Shown: positions 10,108 to 19,436 of the stretch, piece by piece
Position numbering within the stretch: the stretch's first letter is position 1
Layout: the number at the start of each line of letters is the position of its first letter
Assembly (NCBI GenBank): GCA_018970485.1
Contig: JAGWWH010000002.1
Span: forward strand, 2,465-66,464
Direction: 5' to 3'
Length of the DNA: 64,000 nt
Source of the DNA: Pseudomonadota bacterium
Lineage (GTDB): Bacteria > Pseudomonadota > Alphaproteobacteria > Rickettsiales > UBA1997
Made by a program: the position numbers and the translations under genes
Notes under the pieces: generated by a model
What the model saw: only the letters and a program-made list of their open reading frames with translations
Told to the model about the DNA's origin: nothing
Database searches by the model: none

Positions 10108-10668
10108 ATGTTTATTCGCTCTGAACAAACTCCCAATCCCACAACTTTAAAATTCATCCCAGACGACAAAATTATTTTAGAAAAAGGCACCGAAGAATTC
10201 AAAAATCAAAAACAGGCTGCAACCAAATCTCCTTTGGCTCTACAGCTTTTCGAAATTGCCGGAATAGAATCGATTTTCTTCGGCCATGACTTCATCACCA
10301 TTACTAAATCTGAAACAGCAGAATGGCCAAAAATCAAAACAGAAGTTCAAGCAACAATCATGGATTTCTTTATGAATGGTAAGCCAGTGATGTTCGAACA
10401 AAAAGATTCTGCGACAAATTCAGAAGAAGATTCCGAGCTCGTTAAACAGATCAAAGAATTAATCGAAATCAAAGTACGCCCCGCTGTGGCAATGGACGGC
10501 GGCGATATTATATTTCATTCATTCGAAGAAGGGGTCGTAAGACTAATTCTAAAAGGCTCCTGCTCTGGCTGCCCAAGTTCATCAATCACTTTGAAAAACG
10601 GCATTGAAAATATGCTTAAGCACTACATTCCAGAGGTTGAGTCAGTAGAACAGGTAGAAAACGAATAA
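10108..10668 (+). CDS. NifU/Nfu-type Fe-S cluster scaffold protein (Nfu_N + NifU C-terminal domain)
   Basis: 186 aa. N-terminus [16 protein letters not shown] is the Nfu_N signature; C-terminal domain has [12 protein letters not shown] and CSGCPSS (CxxC). Confidence 0.8.
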   Translation: MFIRSEQTPNPTTLKFIPDDKIILEKGTEEFKNQKQAATKSPLALQLFEIAGIESIFFGHDFITITKSETAEWPKIKTEVQATIMDFFMNGKPVMFEQKDSATNSEEDSELVKQIKELIEIKVRPAVAMDGGDIIFHSFEEGVVRLILKGSCSGCPSSSITLKNGIENMLKHYIPEVESVEQVENE

Positions 10669-10673
10669 TAAAA

Positions 10674-10750
10674 GCACCCGTAGCTCAACTGGATAGAGTG
10701 TTGCTTTCCGAAGGCAAAGGTTGTGGGTTCAAATCCCGCCGGGTGCACCA
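10674..10750 (+). tRNA. tRNA-Arg (anticodon CCG), CCA encoded
   Basis: The cloverleaf was folded by hand. Acceptor GCACCCG/CGGGUGC, D-stem GCUC/GAGU, anticodon stem UUGCU/GGCAA with loop UUCCGAA, T-arm GUGGG-UUCAAAU-CCCGC, discriminator A plus CCA. Confidence 0.95.
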
Positions 10751-10799
10751 GCTAATTTTTTCTGAAGAAGGTGGAAATTCAGAACATTAAATTCATTTC

Positions 10800-11507
10800 A
10801 TGAAAGTCGTAACTGCAGCATTAATAATCATCGGAGACGAGATTCTGTCTGGTCGCACTCAGGATGTGAATTTAAATTTTCTTGCCTGCAATTTAAGTGA
10901 GATCGGAATAAATCTAAGCGAAGTTCGTGTCGTTCCAGATCTTGAAAAAGAGATAATTGATGCGGTTAACGCAGTTAGAAAAAAATTTGATTACGTCTTC
11001 ACATCGGGCGGAATCGGGCCAACTCACGACGACATTACATCCGAATCAATCGCCAAAGCTTTCGGAGAACAAGTCATAAAAAATCAAGAAGCTGCGGAAA
11101 TTTTAATCAAGCATTACGGCGAAAAAAATGTGAATGAAGCTAGAATGAAAATGGCGATGCTACCAAGTCGTGCCAGCCTTCTCGACAATCCCATTTCTTC
11201 CGCTCCCGGATTTCGTATTGAAAATGTTTTCGTGATGGCAGGTATTCCGAAAATTTTTCAGGCGATGTTTGTAGCAGCAAAAAAAGAATTAATCGGTGGC
11301 AAAACCAAGAAGTCGTTAGAGATCAAAATAAGCCTGACTGAAAGTATAATTGCGGAAGATTTTGCCATCTTACAAAAAAAATACCCACAAGTTGCTATGG
11401 GCTCTTATCCCTTTGATGGCGGTACTTCTTTGATATTTCGTAGCACCGACTACGAGGCACTAGAAAAAGCAAAATCTGAAATGGAAGTTATCCTAAAAAA
11501 TGCATAA
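10800..11507 (+). CDS. CinA-like molybdopterin-binding (MoCF_biosynth) domain protein
   Basis: 235 aa. The N-terminus AALIIIGDEILSGRTQDVN...FTSGGIGPTHDDIT is typical of the CinA N-terminal domain. Its stop overlaps the virB8-like start by 8 nt. Confidence 0.75.
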   Translation: MKVVTAALIIIGDEILSGRTQDVNLNFLACNLSEIGINLSEVRVVPDLEKEIIDAVNAVRKKFDYVFTSGGIGPTHDDITSESIAKAFGEQVIKNQEAAEILIKHYGEKNVNEARMKMAMLPSRASLLDNPISSAPGFRIENVFVMAGIPKIFQAMFVAAKKELIGGKTKKSLEIKISLTESIIAEDFAILQKKYPQVAMGSYPFDGGTSLIFRSTDYEALEKAKSEMEVILKNA

Positions 11508-12333
11508 GAGACTATCAGAACTAGCCAAGGAGAATAACGAAGAAGCGAAGGAATATTTTCACTTCATCAAGAGCTCGGTCAAAAATCGTAGCTACTTTAA
11601 TGACGCTCTCGATTGGTATCTCTTCCGCTACATCTCGCCGATTTGTGACCGCACCTTATTAATTTTTGGTTCGATAGTCGCTGCGGTGGTCATGTATTTT
11701 CTGATTCAGATGATTAATAGTGCCTTCCCTTTGGTTGTAAAAGAACCAATATTTATCAGATCAGTAGATCAAACCCAAAGCTTTCCAAGTCTGGTCGGCC
11801 TTAAGCCAAAAAAAGGTCAAGAAGGCTACGATCCAGAGCTAAGAAATGTCGATGAAGCCTACGCAAAATACTTGATCTCGTCTTACGTTAAAGATCGCGA
11901 AGGATATGATTTCAGCAAAGCAGAAATTGAGGATGTTAATAAAAAATTTAATCACATCCGAAACCTCTCTTCAGCCAGTGAATATAGGAACTTTCAGGCT
12001 TTGATGAGCAAAGATAATCCCAATAGTCCGATTCGTAATTTTGGCCTCAACATTGTCAAATCGATCGAAATTGATTCGGTTAGATTTGTTCGTAACGACC
12101 CTAAAGATCTCGCCACCAAAGCTCGCTTATACCTATCAAACAAAATACCAACTGAGGTTGAAGTTCGCTTTACAGCAATAATAAAAACTACGGACGACAA
12201 GGAAGAAACCAGCATCGAAAAAGAGCGCTATTTGGCAAAAATAAATTTTACTTTTGACGGCGTTAACAAAGATATTAAGAGCGGAGTTCTCAACTTCGTC
12301 GTCAACACTTACGCCCTCTACAAGGTAAAATAA
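11500..12333 (+). CDS. virB8: type IV secretion VirB8-like protein
   Basis: 277 aa, bitopic: cytoplasmic N-terminus with YFNDALDWYLFRY (as in Rickettsiales VirB8 N-termini from memory), one TM (LLIFGSIVAAVVMYFLI), and a periplasmic domain of about 200 aa. It overlaps the clear virB9 by 1 nt. Confidence 0.65.
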   Translation: MHKRLSELAKENNEEAKEYFHFIKSSVKNRSYFNDALDWYLFRYISPICDRTLLIFGSIVAAVVMYFLIQMINSAFPLVVKEPIFIRSVDQTQSFPSLVGLKPKKGQEGYDPELRNVDEAYAKYLISSYVKDREGYDFSKAEIEDVNKKFNHIRNLSSASEYRNFQALMSKDNPNSPIRNFGLNIVKSIEIDSVRFVRNDPKDLATKARLYLSNKIPTEVEVRFTAIIKTTDDKEETSIEKERYLAKINFTFDGVNKDIKSGVLNFVVNTYALYKVK

Positions 12334-13214
12334 TGAAGAAGATACTCATCCTCCTACTACTCGGAAACATCGTCATCACAAAAAACGTTATGGCCGCTCA
12401 ATTTCCGCATTATCTAGGAAGTGAAAAAAAATTCAGAAGCTACATCTACAATCCAAACGATGTTTATCGCTACGTTGGACACTACACCTACCAAGGATTT
12501 ATCGAATTTGAAGAAGGAGAAACGATCGGAACAATCTCTATGGGAAATCCCTCTCTCTGGCTATTTGAAACGCTCGGCAATCGTCTTTTTTTAAAACCAG
12601 TCGGCGAAGATAATTCTGAAACCAACATGACTGTAATCAGCAATAAGCGCGTCTACCACTTTGAGCTGATGGCAAAAGAGGCAAAAGGCATCACTGACAA
12701 AGATTTGATTTTCGTCGCCAAATTCGCTTATCCCGACGAGAAAGATAAAAACCTAGTTTCATTCCCAAAAACCCCAATTTCTGACGAGCCAGATCTGCGC
12801 GATTTAAGCATCTACAACTTCAACTACCAATATACGGGAGAGCCTTCGATAGCGCCAATTAAAATCTTTGATAACGGCGATTTTACCTACTTCCAATTTA
12901 CCAAAAAAAATGCCGAAATTCCGGCAATTTTCTCAGTTGACTCGGAAGGTTTTGAATCACTGGTAAATTTTAGAGCAGCGGGATCTTACATCATTGTCGA
13001 ACGCATCTCGCCACAATTTACTCTGCGCAACGGCGATCAAATAGTCTGCGTCTACAACATGGATGTCTACACCAACGGCAAGCAAAAAATGTCCAAACAA
13101 CAAAACGGCGGCATGATTAATAACTTTCCTGGCACAACAACAGAGCTCAACAGTCCGATGCCCGGCGGTATACAATTCCCTGGACAAATCCCTCCTGGGC
13201 AACCCACACCTTAG
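12333..13214 (+). CDS. virB9: type IV secretion VirB9/TrbG/CagX-family protein
   Basis: 293 aa with a signal peptide. N-domain motifs are GNPSLWLFETLGNRLFLKP and NKRVYHFEL. C-domain motifs are YNFNYQYTGE, PIKIFDNGDFTYFQF, LVNFR and TLRNGDQIVCVYN. It carries an extra P/G/Q-rich C-terminal tail. Confidence 0.85.
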   Translation: MKKILILLLLGNIVITKNVMAAQFPHYLGSEKKFRSYIYNPNDVYRYVGHYTYQGFIEFEEGETIGTISMGNPSLWLFETLGNRLFLKPVGEDNSETNMTVISNKRVYHFELMAKEAKGITDKDLIFVAKFAYPDEKDKNLVSFPKTPISDEPDLRDLSIYNFNYQYTGEPSIAPIKIFDNGDFTYFQFTKKNAEIPAIFSVDSEGFESLVNFRAAGSYIIVERISPQFTLRNGDQIVCVYNMDVYTNGKQKMSKQQNGGMINNFPGTTTELNSPMPGGIQFPGQIPPGQPTP

Positions 13215-13231
13215 AAGGACTAGAAGATTAG

Positions 13232-16200
13232 ATGGATTACAAAATCAAACTTAAAAATATTCGCGAGTCCTGCGTTCTCGTAAAAACTCCCTCCGACGCT
13301 CGAGGATTTTTATCAGCTGAAGTTTCTAAAAATTTTTCCGACTCAGACTTTGTTTTTGTTGCAAAAGATGATGCGGAAATGGAGTTGATTCAGAAACAAA
13401 TTCACTTTTTTGCACCCGATTTCGAGATCCTAAATTTCTACGCTTGGGACTCCCTCCCCTTTGATCGCGTCTCACCTAAAGCGCTAATTTCGGCAAATAG
13501 AATAAAGACTCTTCATCGCTTAATGACGCGAGCTGAGGGTAAAAGGTTTTTCATCGTCACCTCTGTTAATTCACTTTTACAAAAAACGATTCCAGCCGGT
13601 CAAATAAAGGATCTGGGCCTTTATTTAAAAATTGGCAGCAAAGCATCGATTCCACAAATTTCTGAATTTTTAGTAAGTAAAGGCTACGAGCGCCGCACCT
13701 GCGCCAACAGTGTTGGCGAGTTCGCTATTCGTGGCGGCATCATTGATGTTGTAATGCAACAAGCGGCGGATTTGATCGGTTATCGCATCGATTTTCTTGG
13801 CGATGAAGTTGAGTCGATCAAAGTTTTTGATCCCATCACTCAAATCACTCAGGAGGCGGTTAAATCGCTAGAAATTCTGCCGAGCAGCGAGGTGATTTTT
13901 AACAAAAAAACTGTCGAGAATTTTCGTCAAAAATATCGCGAAAATTTTGGCGCATCGCTTGACGATCAGCTTTATTCAGCAATTTCCGAAAACCGCTCCT
14001 ACCCAGGAATGGAGCATTGGCTACCATTTTTTTACGAAGAAAATTTGGTTAGTTTTTTTGATTACCTAAAAAATCCGATCACATTTTTTAGCGAAGAAAT
14101 TTTGCAGCTAAGCAAAGAGCGCGAAGCATTGATTAATGATTATTATCAAGCTCGCATCGCTGATTTAAAAATTCGTAGCGGTACAATTTATCATCCCATC
14201 ACTCCCGATCTTCTTTATTTTTCCGCTGCAGATCTTGAGAAAATTTTACAAAAAAATGTCGCGATTCAATTCAATAAATTTGATTGCGAACAAAAAGATC
14301 GACGCATTCTCGACTTAGAGATTAAGCCAGTTCCAGACTTCGCCCTCGCCGGCCGCACCAATCAAAAAGATCCCCTCGAGCTCGTCAAAGAATTTAGTCA
14401 AAATAGCAAAGTTGTAATCGCTTGTTTGAGCGAAAGTTTTCGCGATCGCATCGCAAAAATTCTTCCTGATTACGGCCTAAAATTTCCGACGATTCTACTT
14501 CCTCTCAATCTCGGATTTTATACCTCCGACTCAATGCTAATCGGCGAGCAAGCAATTTTCGGCGAAAAAATTATCCGCAAAAAAAGCAGCAAAGCAGCTT
14601 CTCAAAGATTGATCGAAGAAGGATTAAGTATTGCACAAGGTGAGCTCGTCGTGCATCGCGATCACGGAATTGGCAGGTTTGAAGGCATTCAAACAATCAC
14701 TGCGATCGGCATCAAAACCGACATGATCAAAATCGCTTACGGCGGCAATGAAACGCTTTTCGTTCCTGTTCACGATATTGATTTAATCACGCGTTACGGC
14801 GCCGATAATCCCTTGATTCAACTTGATCGTCTCGGTCTTGCTGCTTGGAAAAATCGTCGCGAAAAAGTTCGCAAGAGAATTAAAGTTGCAGCGGAAGAGC
14901 TCTTGAAAATCGCCGCTGCGCGCCATTTGAAGAAAGCAGAAATTTTCGCTCCCGATCAAAATTTTTACGATGAATTCAAGTCGCGTTTCGGCTTCGTTGA
15001 AACCGAAGATCAAATGCGCGCAATTGAAGAAGTTGAAGAAGATTTAGCCAAAGGATCTCCGATGGATCGCTTGATTTGCGGCGATGTTGGCTTTGGAAAA
15101 ACAGAGGTCGCAATGCGTGCGGCGGCAATTGTGGTTGGAAATTTTTCGTCGGTTGAGCGCAGTCAAAACCAGGAAAATTCTACTTCGCCTCACTTGGTTT
15201 CGACTCCGCTCAACCAGAGCGTGAGTCAGATCGCAATCGTAGCACCGACAACGCTTTTGGTCAGACAACATTACAAAAATTTCAGCAAACGTTTTGATGG
15301 AACTGGCGTAAAAATCGCACAGCTTTCACGACTCATCAGCACCTCAGAAGCAAAAAAGATTAAAGAAGAAATCGAGTCTGGCGCCATACAAATCGTGATT
15401 GGAACTCACGCACTTCTACAAAAAAATATTAAATTCAAAAATCTCTCACTCGTAATTATTGACGAAGAACAACATTTCGGCGTCGCGCAAAAAGAGAGAT
15501 TAAAAGAGCTGCGCAACGAAGTTCACGTACTCACGCTTTCGGCGACACCAATTCCGCGTTCGCTGCAAATGTCGCTCACTGGCGTAAAAGATTTGAGTTT
15601 AATCGCCACGCCGCCACTCGATCGCTTGGCGGTACGCAACTTTGTAATGCCTTACGATTCGGTAATCGTGCGTGAAGCGGTGATGCGAGAATATAATCGC
15701 GGTGGTCGTGTGTTTTTCGTAGTACCGCGCATTCGTGATATTGAGGAGATGGAGCCGCGTTTAAAAATTCTTTTACCGGAAATTAAAATCACCCACGCCC
15801 ACGGCCAAATGACACCGACTGAACTTGATCAAATCATGAATGATTTTGTTGATGGCAAAATCGACATGTTGCTCTCAACAACAATAGTTGAATCCGGAAT
15901 CGATATCTCCGAAGCCAATAGCATGATCATCTACAAAGCCGAAATGTTTGGTCTAGCGCAACTCTATCAACTCCGTGGGCGCGTAGGCCGCGGCAAGGTT
16001 CGCGCTTATTGCTATTTGATGCTCGATCATCGCAAAAAAGTTTCCGACGAATCACAGAAAAAATTAGAAGTGATGCAAAATCTCGATTCACTTGGCGTTG
16101 GTTTCACTGTTGCAACTCACGATATGGATATTCGCGGCAGCGGCAATTTACTTGGTGATGAGCAATCCGGACATGTCAAAGAAACTGGCGTAGAGCTTTA

Positions 16201-16723
16201 TCAACAAATGCTTTTGGAAACGATTGAAGAGCTAAAAAATAACAAAGATCTCGCTCCTTCATCAATCACTCCTAACGACGAAATCAGCATCCAAATCAAA
16301 CTCGGGATCTCTCTTCTCATACCCGAAGAATACATGCCAGACCTGTCTTTACGCATGAGTTTCTACAAAAAAATTGCGATGATAAAAGATGATGAAGATG
16401 CGCAAAATCTTGCCGACGAGATGAATGATCGCTTCGGAAAAACTCCGGAAGAAGTTTTGAATTTGATTGAAATCGCCAAGTTAAAACATCTGTGCAAAAA
16501 ACTTGGCGTCGAAAAGTTAGAAACGATTGCGGATGGCGTGGCCCTTGGCTTTAAGAATAATAAATTCAGAGATCCCGAAAAATTATTAGCGCTGATTTTT
16601 GCCAGTAAGAACAAAATAAAATTACATACTGGCCAAAAAGTTTTGTTCATTTGCGATGTTTCGTCAGTCCAAAATAAAATCTCTTCGGCTTTTGCGGTGA
16701 TGAAGAAATTGGAGAATCTGTGA
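13232..16723 (+). CDS. mfd: transcription-repair coupling factor
   Basis: 1,163 aa. Motifs are the CarD-like GELVVHRDHGIGRF, helicase motifs GDVGFGKTEV, IIDEEQHFGV, LTLSATPIPRS and QLRGRVGRG, plus a C-terminal TRCF domain. It contains an insertion of about 27 codons between motif I and Ia (see findings). Confidence 0.95.
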   Translation: MDYKIKLKNIRESCVLVKTPSDARGFLSAEVSKNFSDSDFVFVAKDDAEMELIQKQIHFFAPDFEILNFYAWDSLPFDRVSPKALISANRIKTLHRLMTRAEGKRFFIVTSVNSLLQKTIPAGQIKDLGLYLKIGSKASIPQISEFLVSKGYERRTCANSVGEFAIRGGIIDVVMQQAADLIGYRIDFLGDEVESIKVFDPITQITQEAVKSLEILPSSEVIFNKKTVENFRQKYRENFGASLDDQLYSAISENRSYPGMEHWLPFFYEENLVSFFDYLKNPITFFSEEILQLSKEREALINDYYQARIADLKIRSGTIYHPITPDLLYFSAADLEKILQKNVAIQFNKFDCEQKDRRILDLEIKPVPDFALAGRTNQKDPLELVKEFSQNSKVVIACLSESFRDRIAKILPDYGLKFPTILLPLNLGFYTSDSMLIGEQAIFGEKIIRKKSSKAASQRLIEEGLSIAQGELVVHRDHGIGRFEGIQTITAIGIKTDMIKIAYGGNETLFVPVHDIDLITRYGADNPLIQLDRLGLAAWKNRREKVRKRIKVAAEELLKIAAARHLKKAEIFAPDQNFYDEFKSRFGFVETEDQMRAIEEVEEDLAKGSPMDRLICGDVGFGKTEVAMRAAAIVVGNFSSVERSQNQENSTSPHLVSTPLNQSVSQIAIVAPTTLLVRQHYKNFSKRFDGTGVKIAQLSRLISTSEAKKIKEEIESGAIQIVIGTHALLQKNIKFKNLSLVIIDEEQHFGVAQKERLKELRNEVHVLTLSATPIPRSLQMSLTGVKDLSLIATPPLDRLAVRNFVMPYDSVIVREAVMREYNRGGRVFFVVPRIRDIEEMEPRLKILLPEIKITHAHGQMTPTELDQIMNDFVDGKIDMLLSTTIVESGIDISEANSMIIYKAEMFGLAQLYQLRGRVGRGKVRAYCYLMLDHRKKVSDESQKKLEVMQNLDSLGVGFTVATHDMDIRGSGNLLGDEQSGHVKETGVELYQQMLLETIEELKNNKDLAPSSITPNDEISIQIKLGISLLIPEEYMPDLSLRMSFYKKIAMIKDDEDAQNLADEMNDRFGKTPEEVLNLIEIAKLKHLCKKLGVEKLETIADGVALGFKNNKFRDPEKLLALIFASKNKIKLHTGQKVLFICDVSSVQNKISSAFAVMKKLENL
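15151..15215. repeat. imperfect palindrome (about 23-bp arms) inside the mfd coding sequence
   Basis: Left arm GGTTGAGCGCAGTCAAAACCAGG (15151-15173) versus the reverse complement of the right arm (15193-15215) GGTTGAGCGGAGTCGAAACCAAG: 20 of 23 positions match by hand. Confidence 0.8.
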
Positions 16724-17289
16724 TGGTATTTTTAGCAGTTTTTAGCGCTGCTCTAATCTTATTTGCGGCATTTTTTTTTCTTAGAAAATCTAAAAAATTT
16801 CAAAAATCAGAACCAGCCCCAACTATTTTAGACATTGATTCGGGATCATTTAAAAATGAAAAACCCCAAGCCTATCGAGCAACAATTTCACTTGAAGATC
16901 GTGATCACTCAATTCGTCCAGAAAACTATCAACAGAGAAATTTAGATCGCGAAGTTGGTGGATTTGAAGATGGGAAAAAGGGATCGGAAAAAGAAAATCA
17001 AAACCAGCAAGAAAAACATATTGAAGATGCTTGGGACAAGCGCTCGGAAGATGTTGATAAAATGGGCTCTTTCAATCCCTTGGCTGGGCATGACAAAGAA
17101 TCGATGATTTGGGGCTTAAAAAAAATAAGACTAAAAATTGCTAAACGTCTCAATCGTGATCGCGGCAAAAATGAGGCGGCGGGGAAAAATTATGATAGCA
17201 GAAGCCAAGAAGGTAGGTTTGCACAAGCGATCAGAGCTAGACAGGATTTTAGCCACGAAAATGGAGATGGTGGAAAAGTCAGTCGCTAA
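16720..17289 (+). CDS. hypothetical membrane-anchored, highly charged protein
   Basis: 189 aa with an N-terminal TM (VFLAVFSAALILFAAFFFL) followed by a K/E/D/R/Q-rich low-complexity region. Start GTG 16720 or ATG 16723 overlaps the mfd stop. No family recognised. Confidence 0.4.
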   Translation: MMVFLAVFSAALILFAAFFFLRKSKKFQKSEPAPTILDIDSGSFKNEKPQAYRATISLEDRDHSIRPENYQQRNLDREVGGFEDGKKGSEKENQNQQEKHIEDAWDKRSEDVDKMGSFNPLAGHDKESMIWGLKKIRLKIAKRLNRDRGKNEAAGKNYDSRSQEGRFAQAIRARQDFSHENGDGGKVSR

Positions 17290-17349
17290 CTAATTAAAAA
17301 ATAAACACACAATCTCGAAGGCGCGATCCCTCAATCTGATCACTTCTAA

Positions 17350-18585
17350 CTAACCAACTAGCTTCTCTAAAAACTTTTGGAACCAGCCATTTTTAACTTC
17401 AAAACCGTCTTTGATTTTTTCGCGCATCTGTAAGTTCTGCAAAAAAGACAACATACCAAGAGAGCATGAGTTTGTTTGGCTTAATAAAGTTTGTGGGATT
17501 TTCTCGAATTTATTTGGATAACCAATTCTAACATTCTTCTGAAAAATCTCCGCAGCCAACTTATCTATTCCAACCACCGCAGAAACTCCTCCCGTAAGCA
17601 CAATATTTCCGATCATAAAGAAGGGTACGCCGGATTTTTCTAAGGTTGATTTTGTTGACTCAAAAAGCTCTTCAAGTCTGGAAGAAATGATGTCGCGAAG
17701 ATCTGCTCTTGTAACGCTTACCATATTTTCACCTTCTTCATCTTGAGAATATTTAAACTTGATCGACTCCCTTTCTTCAATCGGGGAAATCAATAACGAA
17801 CTGTTTAGATTTTTAATTTTTTCTGCGGCTTGCGAGCTAATACCGAGAATAGTTGAGATGTCTCTAGTGATGTGACTTCCGCCGATTTTGGAGCTGCCGA
17901 CATAAAGTAATTTTCCTTCGGAGATTAAGGCGAATGACGTAGAGCTTCCGCCGATATCAACCAATAAAGTTCCGATATTCATTTCATTATCAGAAAGGCA
18001 TGAAAGCCCTGAGGCGTAAGGCTCGGCGATATAGCTATTCACTGATAGCTGGCAACGCTTTAGACAGTTTTCGATATTTTTAATTGTGGTTTGGGAAGTG
18101 GAGGCAACGTGGAATTTTGCATAAAGCTGCTCACCCGTCATGTAGCGCGGATTGACGATAGGCAAAGAGTCATCAAGCCTGTACTGCAAAGGAACTAGAT
18201 GAATTATTTCTCGATTTTTTTTCTTAAATTCAGCGCGAATTTTGTTGGTAAGATTGATGATGTCTGAATTCTTAACGATGTCAGAAGAGACCTTGCAGCT
18301 TACTTCTTGATGGGTTGAAACAATTTGGCATCCAGAAATTCCAACTAAAATTTGGTCGATATTAAGGCCCGCCATTCTCTCCGCTTCTGCAACCGCATTG
18401 GTAATTGATTTTTGCGCCAAACGCATGTCAGAGATCGCGCTAGCCAAAATTCCTCGCGATTCTTTATGGCCATATCCAAGTATTTTAACTTGATCGCCAT
18501 TAATAGCCGAAATTGTACAAACCAGCTTGGATGATCCCATATCAAGGCACGCGACAACTTTTCCTTTTCGTGGCTTTTTGGACAT
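17350..18585 (-). CDS. ftsA: cell division protein FtsA
   Basis: 411 aa with an actin-like fold. Motifs are VACLDMGSSKLV, LVDIGGSSTSFAL and LTGGVSAV. It follows ftsQ with a 1-nt overlap. Confidence 0.9.
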   Translation of the reverse strand: MSKKPRKGKVVACLDMGSSKLVCTISAINGDQVKILGYGHKESRGILASAISDMRLAQKSITNAVAEAERMAGLNIDQILVGISGCQIVSTHQEVSCKVSSDIVKNSDIINLTNKIRAEFKKKNREIIHLVPLQYRLDDSLPIVNPRYMTGEQLYAKFHVASTSQTTIKNIENCLKRCQLSVNSYIAEPYASGLSCLSDNEMNIGTLLVDIGGSSTSFALISEGKLLYVGSSKIGGSHITRDISTILGISSQAAEKIKNLNSSLLISPIEERESIKFKYSQDEEGENMVSVTRADLRDIISSRLEELFESTKSTLEKSGVPFFMIGNIVLTGGVSAVVGIDKLAAEIFQKNVRIGYPNKFEKIPQTLLSQTNSCSLGMLSFLQNLQMREKIKDGFEVKNGWFQKFLEKLVG

Positions 18586-19436
18586 TAGAGATTTTTTAAT
18601 TCTTTGATTACCGAGTCATTATACTCGAGGTAAATCTTATCAGGGACGCGCAAGTCAATAACTTTCAATCCTAGCAGAGATCCGGGCATATTGTTTATTT
18701 TTATCAAACGCTGCCAAGCCTCAGAAATTCCTGATTCTGGCAGTTTAATCAAAAGCCCATTTTCAAAATGAATATCCCATCTGCGATCACCGACCCAAGT
18801 CGCTGAAAAGACATTTTTACTTAAGTTTGGATCAATTGCGAAAATATTAAATATTGACCTGACGTTAGTATTGGCGCCCTTTCCTGATAATATTATCATG
18901 TCACGGAATTCTTCCAGATCTTCGAAGGGAATAATGTTTCCGTCACGATCAATTAAATATTTCTTACCATCATTTTGCCAAATCGCGAATGGCACGAATT
19001 CAGTAACGGTAATATTCAAACCACTAGGAAGGCTGCGGGTAATAGTGATTTGATTAATCCAAGGAAGTTTGGTTTTGATATCTTTAATGAGTTTTTGAAT
19101 CAGAAATTCAGGATTATTCTTTTTACTCTCATTAATTATTGCTTCGATCTCGTTCTTAGAGACTCTAAGGTTTCCCTTGATATTGATTTGTGCTAAATCT
19201 TTTTGCTCAAGGCTGAGCTGAGAGAAAAAATAATTACGGGACTCCGCATAAATTTTATGTAAAAAATCGGGCTTAAATATCTGCAAAGAGAAAAAAACCA
19301 AAATTAGCAATAATGCTAAAGCCAATAAAATCTTGAGCAAAAATGGCTTTAAGAAACGACTAAAGAAAACCCTTGCTCGACGTAAAAATGGATTGGTTAG
19401 AAAAAAATTATGAATTTTTTTTTGAGACGAACTCAT
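18585..19436 (-). CDS. ftsQ: cell division protein FtsQ
   Basis: 283 aa, bitopic (TM LLKILLALALLLILVFFSL), with a POTRA-like INIKGNLRVSKNEIEAII. It sits between ddl and ftsA. Confidence 0.7.
   Translation of the reverse strand: MSSSQKKIHNFFLTNPFLRRARVFFSRFLKPFLLKILLALALLLILVFFSLQIFKPDFLHKIYAESRNYFFSQLSLEQKDLAQINIKGNLRVSKNEIEAIINESKKNNPEFLIQKLIKDIKTKLPWINQITITRSLPSGLNITVTEFVPFAIWQNDGKKYLIDRDGNIIPFEDLEEFRDMIILSGKGANTNVRSIFNIFAIDPNLSKNVFSATWVGDRRWDIHFENGLLIKLPESGISEAWQRLIKINNMPGSLLGLKVIDLRVPDKIYLEYNDSVIKELKNL

Noticed and set aside
10674-10750. tRNA-Arg as the attachment site of a genomic island carrying virB8/virB9.
   Set aside because: There is no integrase, no visible direct repeat of the tRNA 3' end downstream, and the flanking genes (nfu, cinA-like, mfd) are ordinary core genes.
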